Source: Dendrobates tinctorius
Lineage: Eukaryota
NCBI RefSeq assembly: GCF_039654945.1
Contig: NW_027362106.1
Location: 310,001-374,000, forward strand
Direction of reading: 5' to 3'
DNA length: 64,000 nt
The position numbers and the translations under genes are program-made. The notes under the pieces are model-generated. The model was given only the letters and a program-made list of their open reading frames with translations, did no database searches and was not told where the DNA came from. Below, piece by piece: positions 48,447-61,345 of the stretch (its first letter is position 1; each line of letters begins with the position of its first letter).

Positions 48447-49921
48447 TGTCACGCCGCGCTCACCTGGGGGCGGGACCTCGGTCCCGACGTCATCTCTTCC
48501 AGAGCCGCGGTCACTCCGGGGGTCCCGTCGGGTGCGCACGCGCAGCTCTCGTCCCCGGGTCTCCTCCTACATGTCACGTTTGCGCACTTGTTATGAGTTC
48601 ATTTTTCCCTTCACCATTGAGGTCTGATGAACTCCCTCCTCTGGTGAAGGAAGGTAGTGAGACTGATTGCCAAACACCTGGGCAGATAGATGATAACTGG
48701 GTGGCTGGAATTGAGGACTGGATATAAGGCAGCCGACGCCCTTCTTCCTGGCTGGTGACTTTCCTTCTGAATTCTTGGAGACCAGTCTGATTCCTGCGTC
48801 TCAAAGCTAAGTTTTTCTGCTCTGCTTTGTACTCTTCAGTTTTGTTTTTGTTTGCCTTGTTTTTTGGGAGTTCTGCCATCCCCGGCCGGGGGTGAGCTGA
48901 ATTCCATTTTTGTCTCTGATCTGTTGATCTTTTGCTCTGTCTTCAGAATATACCTGGGTGCGGATATAGTCTTTTGAAGCCTAGCGACTTCAGGGCCTGT
49001 TTTTCCTTCGGTGACTCATCATAACACGCGCTCCTGTCAGTGCTGTATAGGGCTCGGTCCTCTTTATGGTAATGGAGGACCTGACCCGGAACCAGTAGTA
49101 GTCATGTGCTATATCAGACGACCTCCCCCTAGGGGAGGTGCCTGATTATTGTTGTGCTTCCTGGCTTGGTCTGCCGTGTCCCTGCCTGGCTGTGCGCTGT
49201 ATTCAGGTCCCCTGCCTTGTACTTGGTTGTGCCTCCTGGCACACGCTCTGACCCTGTGCTCTGTCTCGTACTCGATTGTGCCTCCTGGCACATGCTCTCA
49301 CCCTGTACTCTGTCTCATACTCGGTTGTGCCTCCTGGCACACACTCGGATTCCGTGCTCTGTCTTATACTCAGTTGTGCCTCCTGGCACATGCTCTGATT
49401 CCATGCTCTGTCTCGTACTCGATTGTGCCTCCTGGCACATGCTCTGACCCTGTACTTTGTCTCATACTCAGTTGTGCCTCCTGGCACATGCTCTGATCCT
49501 GTACTTTGTCTCTTACTCTGTTGTGCCTCCTGGCACACGTACCAATCCTGCTCTCTGTTTTATGCTCAGTTGTGCCTCTGGCACACACCCTGCTCCTGTA
49601 CTCTGTTACACCTTCTGGCACACCTGCTGCCTGACTCAGTGCTCTGACGTGCTCCTTGCACGCATCCTGCTTCACTCACACCCGGACGCACGAAGTCTCT
49701 GTATACCACGTGTTCCCGTGTCCACGCTTTACACGTTCCTGCAGACACACTCACCCAACGTGTCTCCTGTGAGCCGGCCGCCTGGTGCCAGCAGTCGTGG
49801 TGCCTCACCCCCTGGGGCTTGCCCCTGACACTCCCTGTATAGGGGGTGGTCTTCACTAGGTCAGCTCGCCCTGGGAGGGTTGGTGTCACGACCCAGAGGG
49901 TCCACTCCAGGAGTCGTCACA
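48447..49921. mobile_element. Solo-LTR-like element with an internal tandem repeat of about 48 bp
   Basis: TGTCA..TCACA ends; 5-bp TSD CATAC; tandem block at 49225-49620. Confidence 0.7.
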
Positions 49922-50019
49922 CATACACACTTTGAGCTTTATATATTAGCTATACGGTACATAGAACCTGTAGCCAACTGAGAAGTCGGCCTAGTTCTCC
50001 ATGAACCCAAACCCCTCCT

Positions 50020-50830
50020 TCTTACACCAATTCCCGAGCCACTTATTTATTTCCCGTTGCCTCTCTGGCGTGGCACAGGAAGTATTTCAGAGAATACCAC
50101 CTTGGAGGTCCTTGCTTTAAGCTTGCAGCCTAATTCCCTGAAATCATCTTTAACAACCTTCCACCTACCTCCAATTTTTTTCCATTTGTGCCAATGTTCA
50201 CTATGACTGCTGTGTCCTCACCAGCCCCTCCCAGTAATCTATCAACCCAATCAGTGGTGTGTCATATTCGAACGCCAGGTAAGCAGCACGCTGTTTGAAG
50301 ATCCCTGCCTTTGTGACAGATTGCCCTATCAGTTCCCCTAATAATGGAGTCCCCCACTACCAGCATCTGTCTGACCTGGCTTGCCCTCCTATCTCCCCGC
50401 TTACTGGAGCAGACACTCCTCCGGATTTCAGAGGACATGCGTTGCTGCAACAGGGATACCCCTGTACTGACACTCCCCTCATCTGCCAACTTAGCAAACT
50501 TATTGGGGTGTGCCAGATCAGGACTAGCCTCTCTGGCACTCTATCACCCAGCTAGCTACCTCACTGTCCTGCAGCTCCATACTACCATCCTCCCCCTCAT
50601 CTATCCCATTGAGCGTCTGCTCAGCAAGCAGGAGACTTCTTTCCATATTGTCTATGGATCTCAGTGTTGCCAGCTGCACATTTAGATCCAGTATCTGGGC
50701 TTCCAAATACACAACGTGCTCACATCTCGCACAGCAGTATGCACCCTCCACCGGCTGTTCAAGGATTGCATACATGTGGCAAGATGTACACTGGATGGCA
50801 TTGTCAATTATGGAGCCAATTTCCTAATGG
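50020..50830 (-). pseudogene. CR1 ORF1 remnant (zinc finger, coiled coil and SGNH esterase)
   Basis: YCCARCEHV..LEAQILDL; VVGDSIIRG; frameshifted. Confidence 0.8.
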
Positions 50831-51363
50831 GGATTGCACCAGACAGAAATGTTTAGTAAAAACAAATATAAAGTATTAATAATATATAACAGCAATTCAG
50901 TAATTCCTCCCTTGTCAATTCCCTGAATCCAAAGTCATTGAATCACAAGTCACACACTTACTTCTGTTTGCACTTACGCTCCGTTCACACTCGCTAAGGA
51001 AGAAGATTTAAAAAGTGTTTTTTTTCCCCCTTTAGCAGCAATCCAACCTAGAGTTCAATGCACTTCCAAGTGACCATGTATTGTGACTGTCACACAGCCG
51101 CGACATATGCAGCTGCAGCGTTTTACAGCTGATCAACGGGAACCCTCCAGGTATCCAGGTTCCCGCGGCAGCTTGTTAGGAAATCGCTATAGCTTTCCGA
51201 ATAAGGAGGGAGCCGAAGACATCCGCTCATCTCTATACACAACACACGCTGAAGAGACACACAGGGTCAGACTAATATTAGAGTTGCAGGGACTGCAATC
51301 ATTTTAGAATTTTGCAGTAAAACTCCTACGCTTATCTGGATGTCTTCTCTTCTAGACACTCAC

Positions 51364-51557
51364 TTCCAGCTTCTCACTGAAGTCCTCGCTGTAGGGAATG
51401 AACCTGCTGTCTGCGTCTCCTTTATAGAACCAGGAGCATCGTCTGACTTCAGAGTCCTCCTCCTCCCAGTATACAGCCTTCATCTCCCGATCATATAGGC
51501 AGACGTCATAGCGTCCTCCAGCTGTACTCACCACCACGCTCTCTGGATCTGGCTGAA
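51364..51557 (-). CDS. SEC23IP: SEC23IP exon 4 equivalent (WWE-like region)
   Basis: (V)[64 protein letters not shown]; acceptor tttag, donor gtgagt; 194 bp, phase 1 to 0. Confidence 0.96.
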
Positions 51558-51601
51558 CTAAAAGAAGGCAAAATGAGTGTCAAACAATATGAGCCCTCAT
51601 A

Positions 51602-53240
51602 CAGTCATATGTTAAAGTTTGGGCACCCCTATTAATGTGAACCTTTTTTCTTTATAACAATTTTGGTTTTTGCAACAGCTGTTTCAGTTTCATTTATCTA
51701 ATAACTGATGGACTCAGTTATATTTCTGGATTCAAATGAGGTTTATTGTACTAACAGAAAATGTGCAATCTGCATTTAAACAAAATTTGACCGGTGCAAA
51801 AGTATGGGCACCATTATCATTTTCTTGATTTGAACACTCCTAACTACTTTTTACTGACTTCCGGAAGCACTAAATTGGTTTTGTAGCCTCATTGAGCTTT
51901 GAACTTCATAGCCAGGTGTATCAAATCATGAGAAAAGGTATTTAAGGTGGCCACTTGCAAGTAGTTCTCCTATTTGATTCTCCTATGAAGAGTGGCATCA
52001 TGGGCTCCTCAAAACAACTCTCAAATGATCTGAAAACAAAGATTATTCAACATAGCTTTTCAGGGGAAGGATACAAAAAGTTGTCTCAGAGATTTAACCT
52101 GTCAGTTTCCACTGTGAGGAACATAGTAAGGAAATGGAAGAACACAGGTACAGTTCTTGTTAAGCCCAGAAGTGGCAGGCCAAGAAAAATATCAGAAAGG
52201 CAGAGAAGAAGAATGGTGAGAACAGTCAAGGACAATCCACAGACCACCTCCAAAGACCGGCAGCATCATCTTGCTGCAGATGGTGTCACTGTGCATCGGT
52301 CAACAATACAGCGCACTTTGCACAAGGAGAAGCTGTATGGGAGAGTGATGAGAAAGAAGCCGTTTCTGCAAGCACACCACAAACAGTCGCCTGAGGTCTG
52401 CAAAAGCACATTGGGACAAGCCAGTTACATTTTGGAAGAAGGTCCTGTGGACTGATGAAACAAAGATTGAGTTGTTTGGTCATACAAAAAGGCGTTATGC
52501 ATGGAGGCTAAAAAACACAGCATTCCAAGAAAAACACTTGCTACCCACAGTAAAATTTGGTGGAGGTTCCATCATGCTTTGGGGCTGTGTGGCCAATGCC
52601 GGCACCGGGAATCTTGTTAAAGTTGAGGGTCGCATGGATTCAACTCAGTATCAGCAGATTCTAGACAATAATGTGCAAGAATCAGTGACGAAGTTGAAGT
52701 TACGCAGGGGATGGATATTTCAGCAAGACAATGATCCAAAACACCGCTCCAAATTTACTCAGGCATTCATGCAGAGGAACAATTACAATGTTCTGGAATG
52801 GCCATCCCAGTCCCCAGACCTGAATATCATTGAACATCTGTGGGATGATTTGAAGCGGGCTGTCCATGCTCGGCGACCATCAAACTTAACTGAACTGGAA
52901 TGGTTTTGTAAACAAGAATGGTCACAAATACCTTCATCCAGGAACTAATTAATAGCTACAGGACGCGACTAGAGGCTGTTATTTTTGCAAAAGGAGGATC
53001 TACGAAATATTAATGTCACTTTTATGTTGAGGTGCCCATACTTTTGCACCGGTCAAATTTAGTTTAAATGCAGATTGCACATTTTCTGTTAGTACAATAA
53101 ACCTCATTTGAATCCAGAAATATAACTGAGTCCATCAGTTATTAGACATATGAAACTGAAATAGCTGTTGCAAAAACCAAAATTGTTATAAAGAAAAAAG
53201 GTTAATATTAATAGGGGTGCCCAAACTTTAACATATGACT
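51602..53240 (+). mobile_element. Tc1 DD34E transposon with about 210-bp IR/DR-type TIRs, in SEC23IP intron 3
   Basis: TA+CAGTCATATGTTAAAGTTTGGGCACCCC terminus; TIRs at 51602-51813 and 53031-53240; transposase from ATG 52000 with a frameshift near 52395; QQD-34 aa-E. Confidence 0.92.
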
Positions 53241-53428
53241 AACTTCCCCACAGATGACCACCCTCATAACGACATGCTCCAACACAGAAGAGGAGTTCCT
53301 GGGTAAGCACCTGAACCTCACAAAGTGATGTCCCTTATAATGAGTAGTACCACAGGTGAGGACCCTCATAAAGACCTGCTGAACCACAGAAGATGATGAC
53401 CACCCTCAATGACTCACTCACCACTTAC

Positions 53429-53648
53429 CCGAGTTATAGACTTCTTCAAGGTGGGCAGAGTCATAAACGCTGAACGGCATCCAAATCTCCCGATCTTCCA
53501 CTAACTTGCAGAAGAACCAATGTGGCTGGACAGGCTCATACAGGTTGGGTAAGAAAGGAGCTGTGATTGGCACGGGGGTTACTGTCGATTTGGAGTTTGA
53601 ATAGGACTGAACCATTGGTGCTGGCATAAAACCTGGTGCTGCAGGGGG
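53429..53648 (-). CDS. SEC23IP: SEC23IP exon 3 equivalent
   Basis: YEPVQPHWFFCKLVEDREIWMPFSVYDSAHLEEVYNS; acceptor ttgcag, donor gtaagt; 220 bp, phase 0 to 1. Confidence 0.95.
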
Positions 53649-54629
53649 CTGCAAGGAAAAACCCAGAGTGAGTTTGAGGGATAATAAATCCAGACATACC
53701 AACTAGGATAAGCAAAGCTTCAGGGCACAGGCCAGCTGTAGTGGACCCCATTAAACATGTGAGCAGCTCCTGGTACCAGTCAGAACTCTGCGCCCTATCC
53801 AGGAGGACATTAATTTATTTCGGGGGCAGAACACCAAAGAAATCCTATAGTACCTTCCACCATCATTCCATGGAGCCAGATAGCCAAGAGCAGCCACACA
53901 CTGAAAAACTGTGGCTGGGACGCTATCCTTACAAGTCTACGGGGCAATGGAAAGTGCCAAGTATTTTGAACCCCATAAATTAGTGAAGCGGAGGCACTGA
54001 AAGTCATGACATTGCTGCCTTCATAGAAGTGTACAGGAGCCAAATAACCAGATATTTAAGTACACTATGTGTAGAAAAGTGCATGGAGCTCCTCAATTTC
54101 CATGACACCACTCCACTTGGGGCGAGGGGCCTCAGGTTTTGGATTGGGGAGGAAAGGAGGGCGAGGGGCAGGAGGTTATACACCAGGAAGGTGGAGGGGC
54201 GAGAGGCAGGAGGTTATACACCAAGAAGGTGGAGGGCAAAGGGCCAGAAGCTATGGACTGTGGAGGAAAGGAGGGTGAGGCGCTGGAGAGAGAGGAGCTG
54301 GGGGTTATACATCAGGAAGTTGGAGGGCGAGGGGCCAGAGGTTATGGACTGGGAAAAAAAGGGAGGGCGAGGGGCCAAAGGTTATACACCAGGGAAGGGA
54401 GGAGAGCAAGGGGCGCGGAGGGCAAGGAGACGAATGCTATACACCAGGGCCCAATAGGATTGAATTGAAAACCTAAATTCAACTAATATAACGTGTGGAA
54501 CAATACTTTTCTCTATATAATTTATATTGTGCATCCAGGCCACTCCCACACAAAAACACCAGAATCAGCATTTGTATGTGATTATTGCTTTCATAGTCTC
54601 ACCCGTACCAGACCAGACCTATAACTTAC

Positions 54630-55159
54630 AGGGGGCAGGGAAGCTGAAGAACTGGGGTACAGTGGAGGTCCTGGTGTCCCTTGGCTGTTGATGCCCATGG
54701 GTAGATCCTGCTGCAGCTGTGGAGGAGTTAGGTAGGGATTTGCCCGGCTGCTCTGTATGTTATGGCGATATGGGTTATAACAGGCCTGAGAGATGACTGG
54801 GGGAGGAGTAGAGTACATGATTGGCGGAGGACACATCTGTGTGTTGGTAAAGAAAACCCCAGAGGTATCACTGGAAACTTCTGGAGGAATAGTGGGAAAG
54901 GGAGATGAAGTCCTGATAGTCGTAGAGTTCTGTCCATTGTGAACTCCAGAGGCCACAGACACTGGAGGTTTCGCAAATGCAACAGAGTCGGGCACTTGAG
55001 GTGCAGTGGTGGCTGGGATCTGCCCTATGCTGGCAAATGGGTCACTGCTGCTGGTGAGGCTTGAGGTCTGTGAGAAGTAGCTGAACGTCTGTGGCGTGTT
55101 AGTAGTACTTGCAGTCTGCCCCAGAAAGCTGTCCTCCTCCCCGACCTCCACGGAGCCAT
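54630..55159 (-). CDS. SEC23IP: SEC23-interacting protein p125, exon 2 equivalent (Pro-rich region)
   Basis: Translates GSVEVGEEDSFLGQT..PQTFSYFSQ..SSSDPF..YNPYRH..SSRANPYLTPPQLQQ, matching the vertebrate SEC23IP N-terminus as recalled. Acceptor ctgcag at 55161-55160, donor gtaagt at 54629. 530 bp, phase 1 to 0. Confidence 0.93.
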
Positions 55160-55297
55160 CTGCAGAAGGGAAAAGCCACAGATCACTGCCTGCTAAATAA
55201 CTTCACACACATGTACCCCCCACCCTACAGAACTAACCAAACGTGTGTATAATTATATTATATATACACACACACACATATATATATATATTTACAT

Positions 55298-57020
55298 ATA
55301 GAATCCTAGAATGTTGGAGCTGGAAGGGACATCCGGTGTCCTCAATGCAGGCGTCACTAAACCATCTCAGACAGATGTCTGTCCAGCCTCTGTGTGAAGA
55401 CCTCCATTGAAGGAGGACTCACCACCTCTCATGGAAGCCTGTTCCACTCATTGATCACACTCACTGTCAACAAGTTTATTCTAATATCTAATCTGTAACT
55501 TCTCCCTTTCACTTTTATTCCATTGCTTCCAGTGTCTCCATGTGCAAATGAGAACAATGATGATCTCTCTACACGGTGATAACCCTTCAGATATTTGTAG
55601 ACAGGTATTAAGTCTCCTTTTAGCCTTCCTTTTCTAAAATGTGGTGCACACAACCAAACATAGTATTCCAGATTAGGCCTGACCGAGGAGTAGAGGGGGA
55701 TAATTACTTCACGTGATCTAGACTCTATGCTGCTCTTAATACAGTCTAGAACTGCATTTGCCTTTTTTGCTTCTGCATCACACTGTTGACTCCTGTGCAT
55801 TCTGTGATCTATTAAATACCCAAGTCTTTCACACGTGTTGTTGCTTAGTTCCATTCCTCTCATTCTGTAGATGTAACTTTTTTCTTGCCTAGATGTAGAA
55901 TCTTGCATTTATCTGTTAAAAACCATTCTATCAGTCACTGCCCATTGTTCAAGCTTATCTGGATCCTTCTGAATGTCTTCTCTAGTGTTAGTCAGCCATC
56001 CTAGCTTTGTATCGTCTGCAAATTTCATGAGTTTACCTTCAGTTCCCTTACCTAGATCATTTATAAAAATGTTGAACTCATCTCTCTGAGGCCAGGACAG
56101 ATCCTTGTGGTACCCCACTTGAAACACTTTTCCAATTGGATGTACAACCATTTATTACCACTCTTTGGGTATGATCACTGAGCCAGTTATGAATCTACCT
56201 AACTGTAGCCTTGTCAATCCCATACGTGTTCATTATTTCAATAAGGATAGTAAGAGATACTTTATCAAATGCATTGCTGAAGTCTAGATATACACGGCTC
56301 AAAAAAATAAAGGGAGCACTTAAACAACAGAATAGAACTCCAAGTAAATCAAACTTATGTGAAATCAAACTGTCCACTTAGGAAGCAACACTGATTGGCA
56401 ATTTCACATGCTGTTGTGAAAACGGTTTGAAACCGACTCTATGAGGATGGCCTGAGTGCCGGACGTCCACAGATGGGGTTGTGCTCACAGCATCTATGAA
56501 TTTTCTTTTGCTTTTGACTGACCCCCCAGAATCCTTTTTTGCTACTTTTAGTCTCCCTGACAAGCCTCACTTCATTACTGGCTTTAGCTCTATCGCTTGC
56601 CCTGCATTCCCTGCAGACAGCATTATATTCTTTAGATATGCCCCCTCTTTCCATTTGATGTACACTTTTCTTTTCTTTTTCAACAAGTGACTAAGTTCTG
56701 TGTTCATCCATCTAGGCCTCTTTAAATGCTTCCAATTTTTCCTTCACTTCGTGATGGTTACCGATTGTGCAGTGAGAATTTCATTTAGTAAAATCTCCCA
56801 TCCTTCTTGGACATTTGTCCTTCAGAACATGCAATTGGACCTTTTCTAACCTCTGAGTCCATTAAAACCTGCCTGTATGAAGTCCAACCTTAAAGTCTGA
56901 GTCCTCGCTGGTCTTCTTCCTCTTGTAATCCAAAATTTGAGGCTAGCACGATCACTGCCTCCTAAATTCCTTTACTTCCTCTGTCATTTTCTCCCTTGGT
57001 GAGACTCAGGCCCAGGATGG
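55298..57020 (-). mobile_element. Degraded CR1 with an inserted Tc1 end fragment (about 56292-56420)
   Basis: KFADDTKLG and YLDFSNAFDKV fragments; TA+CACGGCTCAAAAAAATAAAGGG terminus. Confidence 0.85.
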
Positions 57021-57076
57021 CTAAAGACATATAGATACATGCACAGACACAGACACACACTGCACGGCCCCACACA

Positions 57077-59420
57077 TGTAACAAGGGGGCACGGGGTGGT
57101 AGTCATGACTGAGTCCATTAAACAGTCAGCGCGCACCCCGGCCCCTTGCACACGTTAAGAGAAGTGAAATCCCAGTCCTGCGGTAGTCAGTTACCTTCAT
57201 CACACGCTCACTTCAGCCACTGGGGATGAGTAATCAGGAAACCACCACAGACCACAGTTCTGTTCCAACGAGAAATCTTCACTGTACAGTGAACACCACA
57301 ATGCTTCCTGCTCTGTCCCTGCAACTTCAGGCAGCTGCTCAGCAGCAATGGCTCCCATCCAGATTTGAGAACCACAACAGTCCTTCTGGAGACGTTCACA
57401 CAGTACCAAGGCCCGTCCACACTACCCAACAGTCCGTGGCAGGTTGTCCCTGGACATGGAGAGCGTCTTGCCCTAGGCAAGCTTGCCCAGGCTCTGCCGC
57501 AAGGACAGGAAATTCTTTTCCTATAAGCCTGTTGGACCGTCCCCCTTTCTTAACTCCCCCCAACAGTTTAACACTGTTGCCTTTCTATCCCTAACCGTGT
57601 GCTTAAACACAGCACATCACAGTATACACAGTATAAGAACAGGCATAACAGACAGCACATGACACATAGTAAAGAAAACTTGGCACTCAACTTATGTGGA
57701 TGAATTAGGTAGTGTTTATTATAGTCAGTGGTTCAAAATCCAGATGTTTCGGTCCAAGTTGACCATCAGTGTACTGACAAAAGGATAAAGTATATGAGAA
57801 AATAATAAACCAGAGTAATACAAATGACCTTCTTGGTCATATATTCCATAGGGAATGTAAATCCCTCAGAAGCATTTTTAATACCATAAACATGGCACGA
57901 GAAAAATATAAGAAACAATAAATCATAATATAATAAACAAAAAGAGTGGTGAAGAGCAAAATTAGGGTTAAGATAACCTACCCGACTGCTATGTATAGGC
58001 AAGACGATGATGAAAGGGAGCAAAGCGTGGTGACCCTAAAAATGCCTATTAAGATAAGGGATAATATAAAGTGGTGGACCATAAAGGTGAGTAGTGGTGA
58101 TCTAAAATAAAGTCACCTACTTATTATTACAATTTTTAGTGGACCAGGTCCTATGTAGAGGAGTACCTTGTTGGTCAGATCAGAACTAGTGAGGTGGGAT
58201 GCCGGTGATAATGAATACAAGTGAGGTGGAGAGATTCATATCTTTTAATAATAAAGGTGCTGTTCATACATCAAAGTACATCCTACGGAATGCGGTATCT
58301 AAAGCACATGACATTAATATACAACATTGGTGAGCCATCAGTGTGTCTCAAGGGACACACGTGCCCGATATATGTAGGAGAGAAAAGGCAGTTGAGGGTC
58401 CCTGCCACCTCCTTACACTCATCTCCCCTAAAATATGGACGTCCCTGACCATGATGGTTCCTGTAAACATGAAACAGCTTATAAAATGTACATAAAACCG
58501 ACACAGCCTTTATGTGATGCTGGCGATGGGTCAAAAGTGACCTCGGCTCTGCTGGGTTGAGACCCCAGAATCAAAGCATTCCAGTTTATCTTAAAGCCGG
58601 TCTGATTGACCCCCCCACGGTCCAGTGGCTCCCGGGACCCATCCAAACAGAGGCCCGATAGCCACTCAACACTAGTCCACGTAGTCCTGAACCGGCTCGC
58701 TCCTCGGGTACTCCTGCACAGCTTCTCCACCTCCCTCCTTTTACTAGATTATGGGCCCATTAACACACTGGTATGCTGCTTTTAACAGGGGCTAGCCCAG
58801 GGTTAAAAATAGGTAAAGTTCAAGGTTAAAATAGTTCAGTCTTTACAGCTGCTGCACGCACAGTCCATAGCAACCAACCCTCGTTGGGTTTCAGCCCCGT
58901 AAATCCAGCAGGGGGTGCGCAAAGAAACTTGGAAGGGGGGGGGGGGGGGGGGAATAAAAACAAAAGTCATTCAACTGTGACCATGACACTAACATTTAGT
59001 CCTGGTGCCACACAGGGCTCCCTGCCCTTGAAAGACGCGGAACAGTCTCTTCACAAACATTTTTTCACTTCAGTGCAATCTGCACAACTCTCTTAAAGAG
59101 GTCGCATCAGTCAATACACAGCCATGGGTTAAAATAGTGGGCTGTATTTGGGCCCTGTACAACAATATATGTATGGGCCAAGGTTCCGCTGCAGGAGGAG
59201 TATCTGCTATTTCTTCTGCTCCGCACCCCCTCCAGCGGTGGCCCAATGGCTCCCAGAGCTGCCTGCTCTAGTGACACACCTGCTGCCGCAACAGTCTGTC
59301 CAAGCACCGCTTCCTCCTGTATAGCTGCAAAAGCTGCGACCATTGCAGCAGGATTTTGGCCGTTGCAGCTGAAAGGAGGACATCAGTAAACCGCACACCG
59401 GTAGGAATTTTGGCACTTTT
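57077..59420 (-). mobile_element. Probable LTR-retrotransposon 3' remnant with a further insertion
   Basis: TGT start at 57077; purine tract next to TGT on the minus strand at about 59030-59012. Boundaries are uncertain. Confidence 0.4.
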
Positions 59421-59456
59421 TTTCACCATTTTCATATATCATTAACAATAAGAACA

Positions 59457-60415
59457 TGGAAGAGGCCAGGAGCCATTTGGCGAGCTGCATTTCTTACTAC
59501 ATGTTCACAGACTTACGGTGGAAAAGACAAACTTCACATGCCACAAATGCAAGCTTGTGTCCCTGTTGGAGGAAAAGTTTCAAAGTCTACAAGAGAGGTT
59601 AGCGATATTGAAGATCATTAAGGAAGGTGAAGAGTTCTTAGACAGAGCAGAATTATCTCTTCATGTTACAGAAAGAGAAGAAATTCGAAGTGCACCTGAA
59701 GAAACAGGGGAATGGAGACATGTGACCCAGAGAAGCAGGAGGATCAGGAGGCAGTCAGCACCCATACTGCTCAGGAACCAGTACCAGGCTCTCACGCAGG
59801 AGAATGATGAAGAAATACAGCAAGAAAAGACTTTGTCCGCAAAGAACAACCTTGTACGCAATCAGAGTCCTCCTGGATGGAGAAAGAAAAATGTTGTGAA
59901 GAAGAAACAGAGTGGTGGTCATGGGGGATTCCTTGTTGAGAGGAACAGAGGCCGCTATCTGCAGACCGGATATAACCTCAAGAGAAATGTGCTGTCTTTC
60001 AGGTGCAAAAATTAAAGATGTGTCTGACAGGATATCAGGACTCTTCAGACCTACAGATGACTACCCATTCCTGCTACTACATGTGGGGACAAATGACACC
60101 GCAGGAAAAGACTTGGAAACCATCTGCAGAGACTTTGAAAACTTATGTAAGAAAGTGAAAGAACTGGGAGCGCAGGTGGTCTTCTCTTCCATCCTCCCAG
60201 TGGATGGCCATGGAACAAGGTGGTGGACTAAGATTCTGCAGGTGAACAACTGGCTACGTCGATGGTGCCGTCAGCAAGGATTTGGATTTCCGGATCACGG
60301 AGTAAATTTCCTATACGATGGACTACTTGCTAGAGATGGGGTGCACCTTACGAAGACTGGAAAACATGTATTTGGAAGCTGCCTTGCTGCACTCATCAGG
60401 AGAGCTGTTGTGTAA
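59457..60415 (+). pseudogene. CR1 ORF1 remnant (zinc finger, coiled coil and SGNH esterase)
   Basis: TCHKCKLV..LEEK; VMGDSLLRG, HVGTND and DGVHL blocks; frameshifts. Confidence 0.85.
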
Positions 60416-60653
60416 ATCAAGATTATTAATGAAATTGTAAGATACAGAATCCATGAATATTCATGAAAAAGTAAAGAAAACATAATTACCATTTACATAA
60501 GGACATCTACTGTAAGTTATTAACAGTTGTACAGCTACTATTATATTTATACTAGCTATAATCAGTATATTGGTAATTTTACAAAACAATCAATAAAACT
60601 AATATTTAAATATTCTGTTAGCTTGTTATATTCAATCATTTATAAAAGATACC

Positions 60654-61340
60654 TGTCATGATCCAGGACAGGGTTTCGCTTTGGCCCGTCCTGATCAAGA
60701 CTGGGGGTTAATTGTTCCGCCCTCTCTGGCAGAGGGCAGCTATTTAATGCCCACAGGACCTAGGTCCGGTGTCAGTTATACTCCTGCCCTCGGCTGAGTT
60801 AGTTGACCTTGTGCCCGATATCTTGCTTGTTTGGTTTTGATCAGGTTCTGTCCCTGTTAAGAGTTCTGCCTGTCCCTCTTGTACCGCCGCTCTCTCTCGT
60901 GTATGACTCTCTGCTTGTGACCCGACTTCTCTCTGCTCGTCCCCTTGGTACCGCGTCGCCCTCTTGTGTATGACCTTTGGCTTGGTCTGACCACCCGTCT
61001 GTTTGTCCCTCCTGTGTCTCGTTTGCCCGTACTGTGTGTGACCTCCGTTTTGCCTGACTCTGAGCTGTTGTATTGTGTCCTGTCATCTCTGAAAGCAGGA
61101 CGCTATGCCCCGCCCCCTTGCAGTCACATGACCATAGGTCCTGTGCCAGCTTTCTAACTTCAGCTTCCCAAGGTCCTGTGTATCTTTACTTTCCGGCGCT
61201 GACAGGATCCTGACACTGATAGTTTGAAGCACGCATTGTCACCTCTGCTGCCCTGCTCCACAGGCATCTTTTAGCACTGTTTCTGTACTGAGGACACTCG
61301 CAATGGCTCAGTGAGTGAGTGTAGTGCGGTGTTCCTGACA
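60654..61340. mobile_element. Solo-LTR-like element
   Basis: TGTCA..TGACA ends; 5-bp TSD ATACC. Confidence 0.8.
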
Positions 61341-61345
61341 ATACC

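Noticed and set aside
48589-49026. Nested solo LTR with TGTTATGA..TCATAACA ends
   Set aside because: The 8-bp inverted ends are present but I could not find a matching TSD, so it is not called separately.
43226-51364. SEC23IP-Harbinger transposase fusion by splicing exon 4 to the acceptor at 44111
   Set aside because: Exon 4 ends in phase 0 while the transposase exon starts in phase 2, so the product is out of frame.
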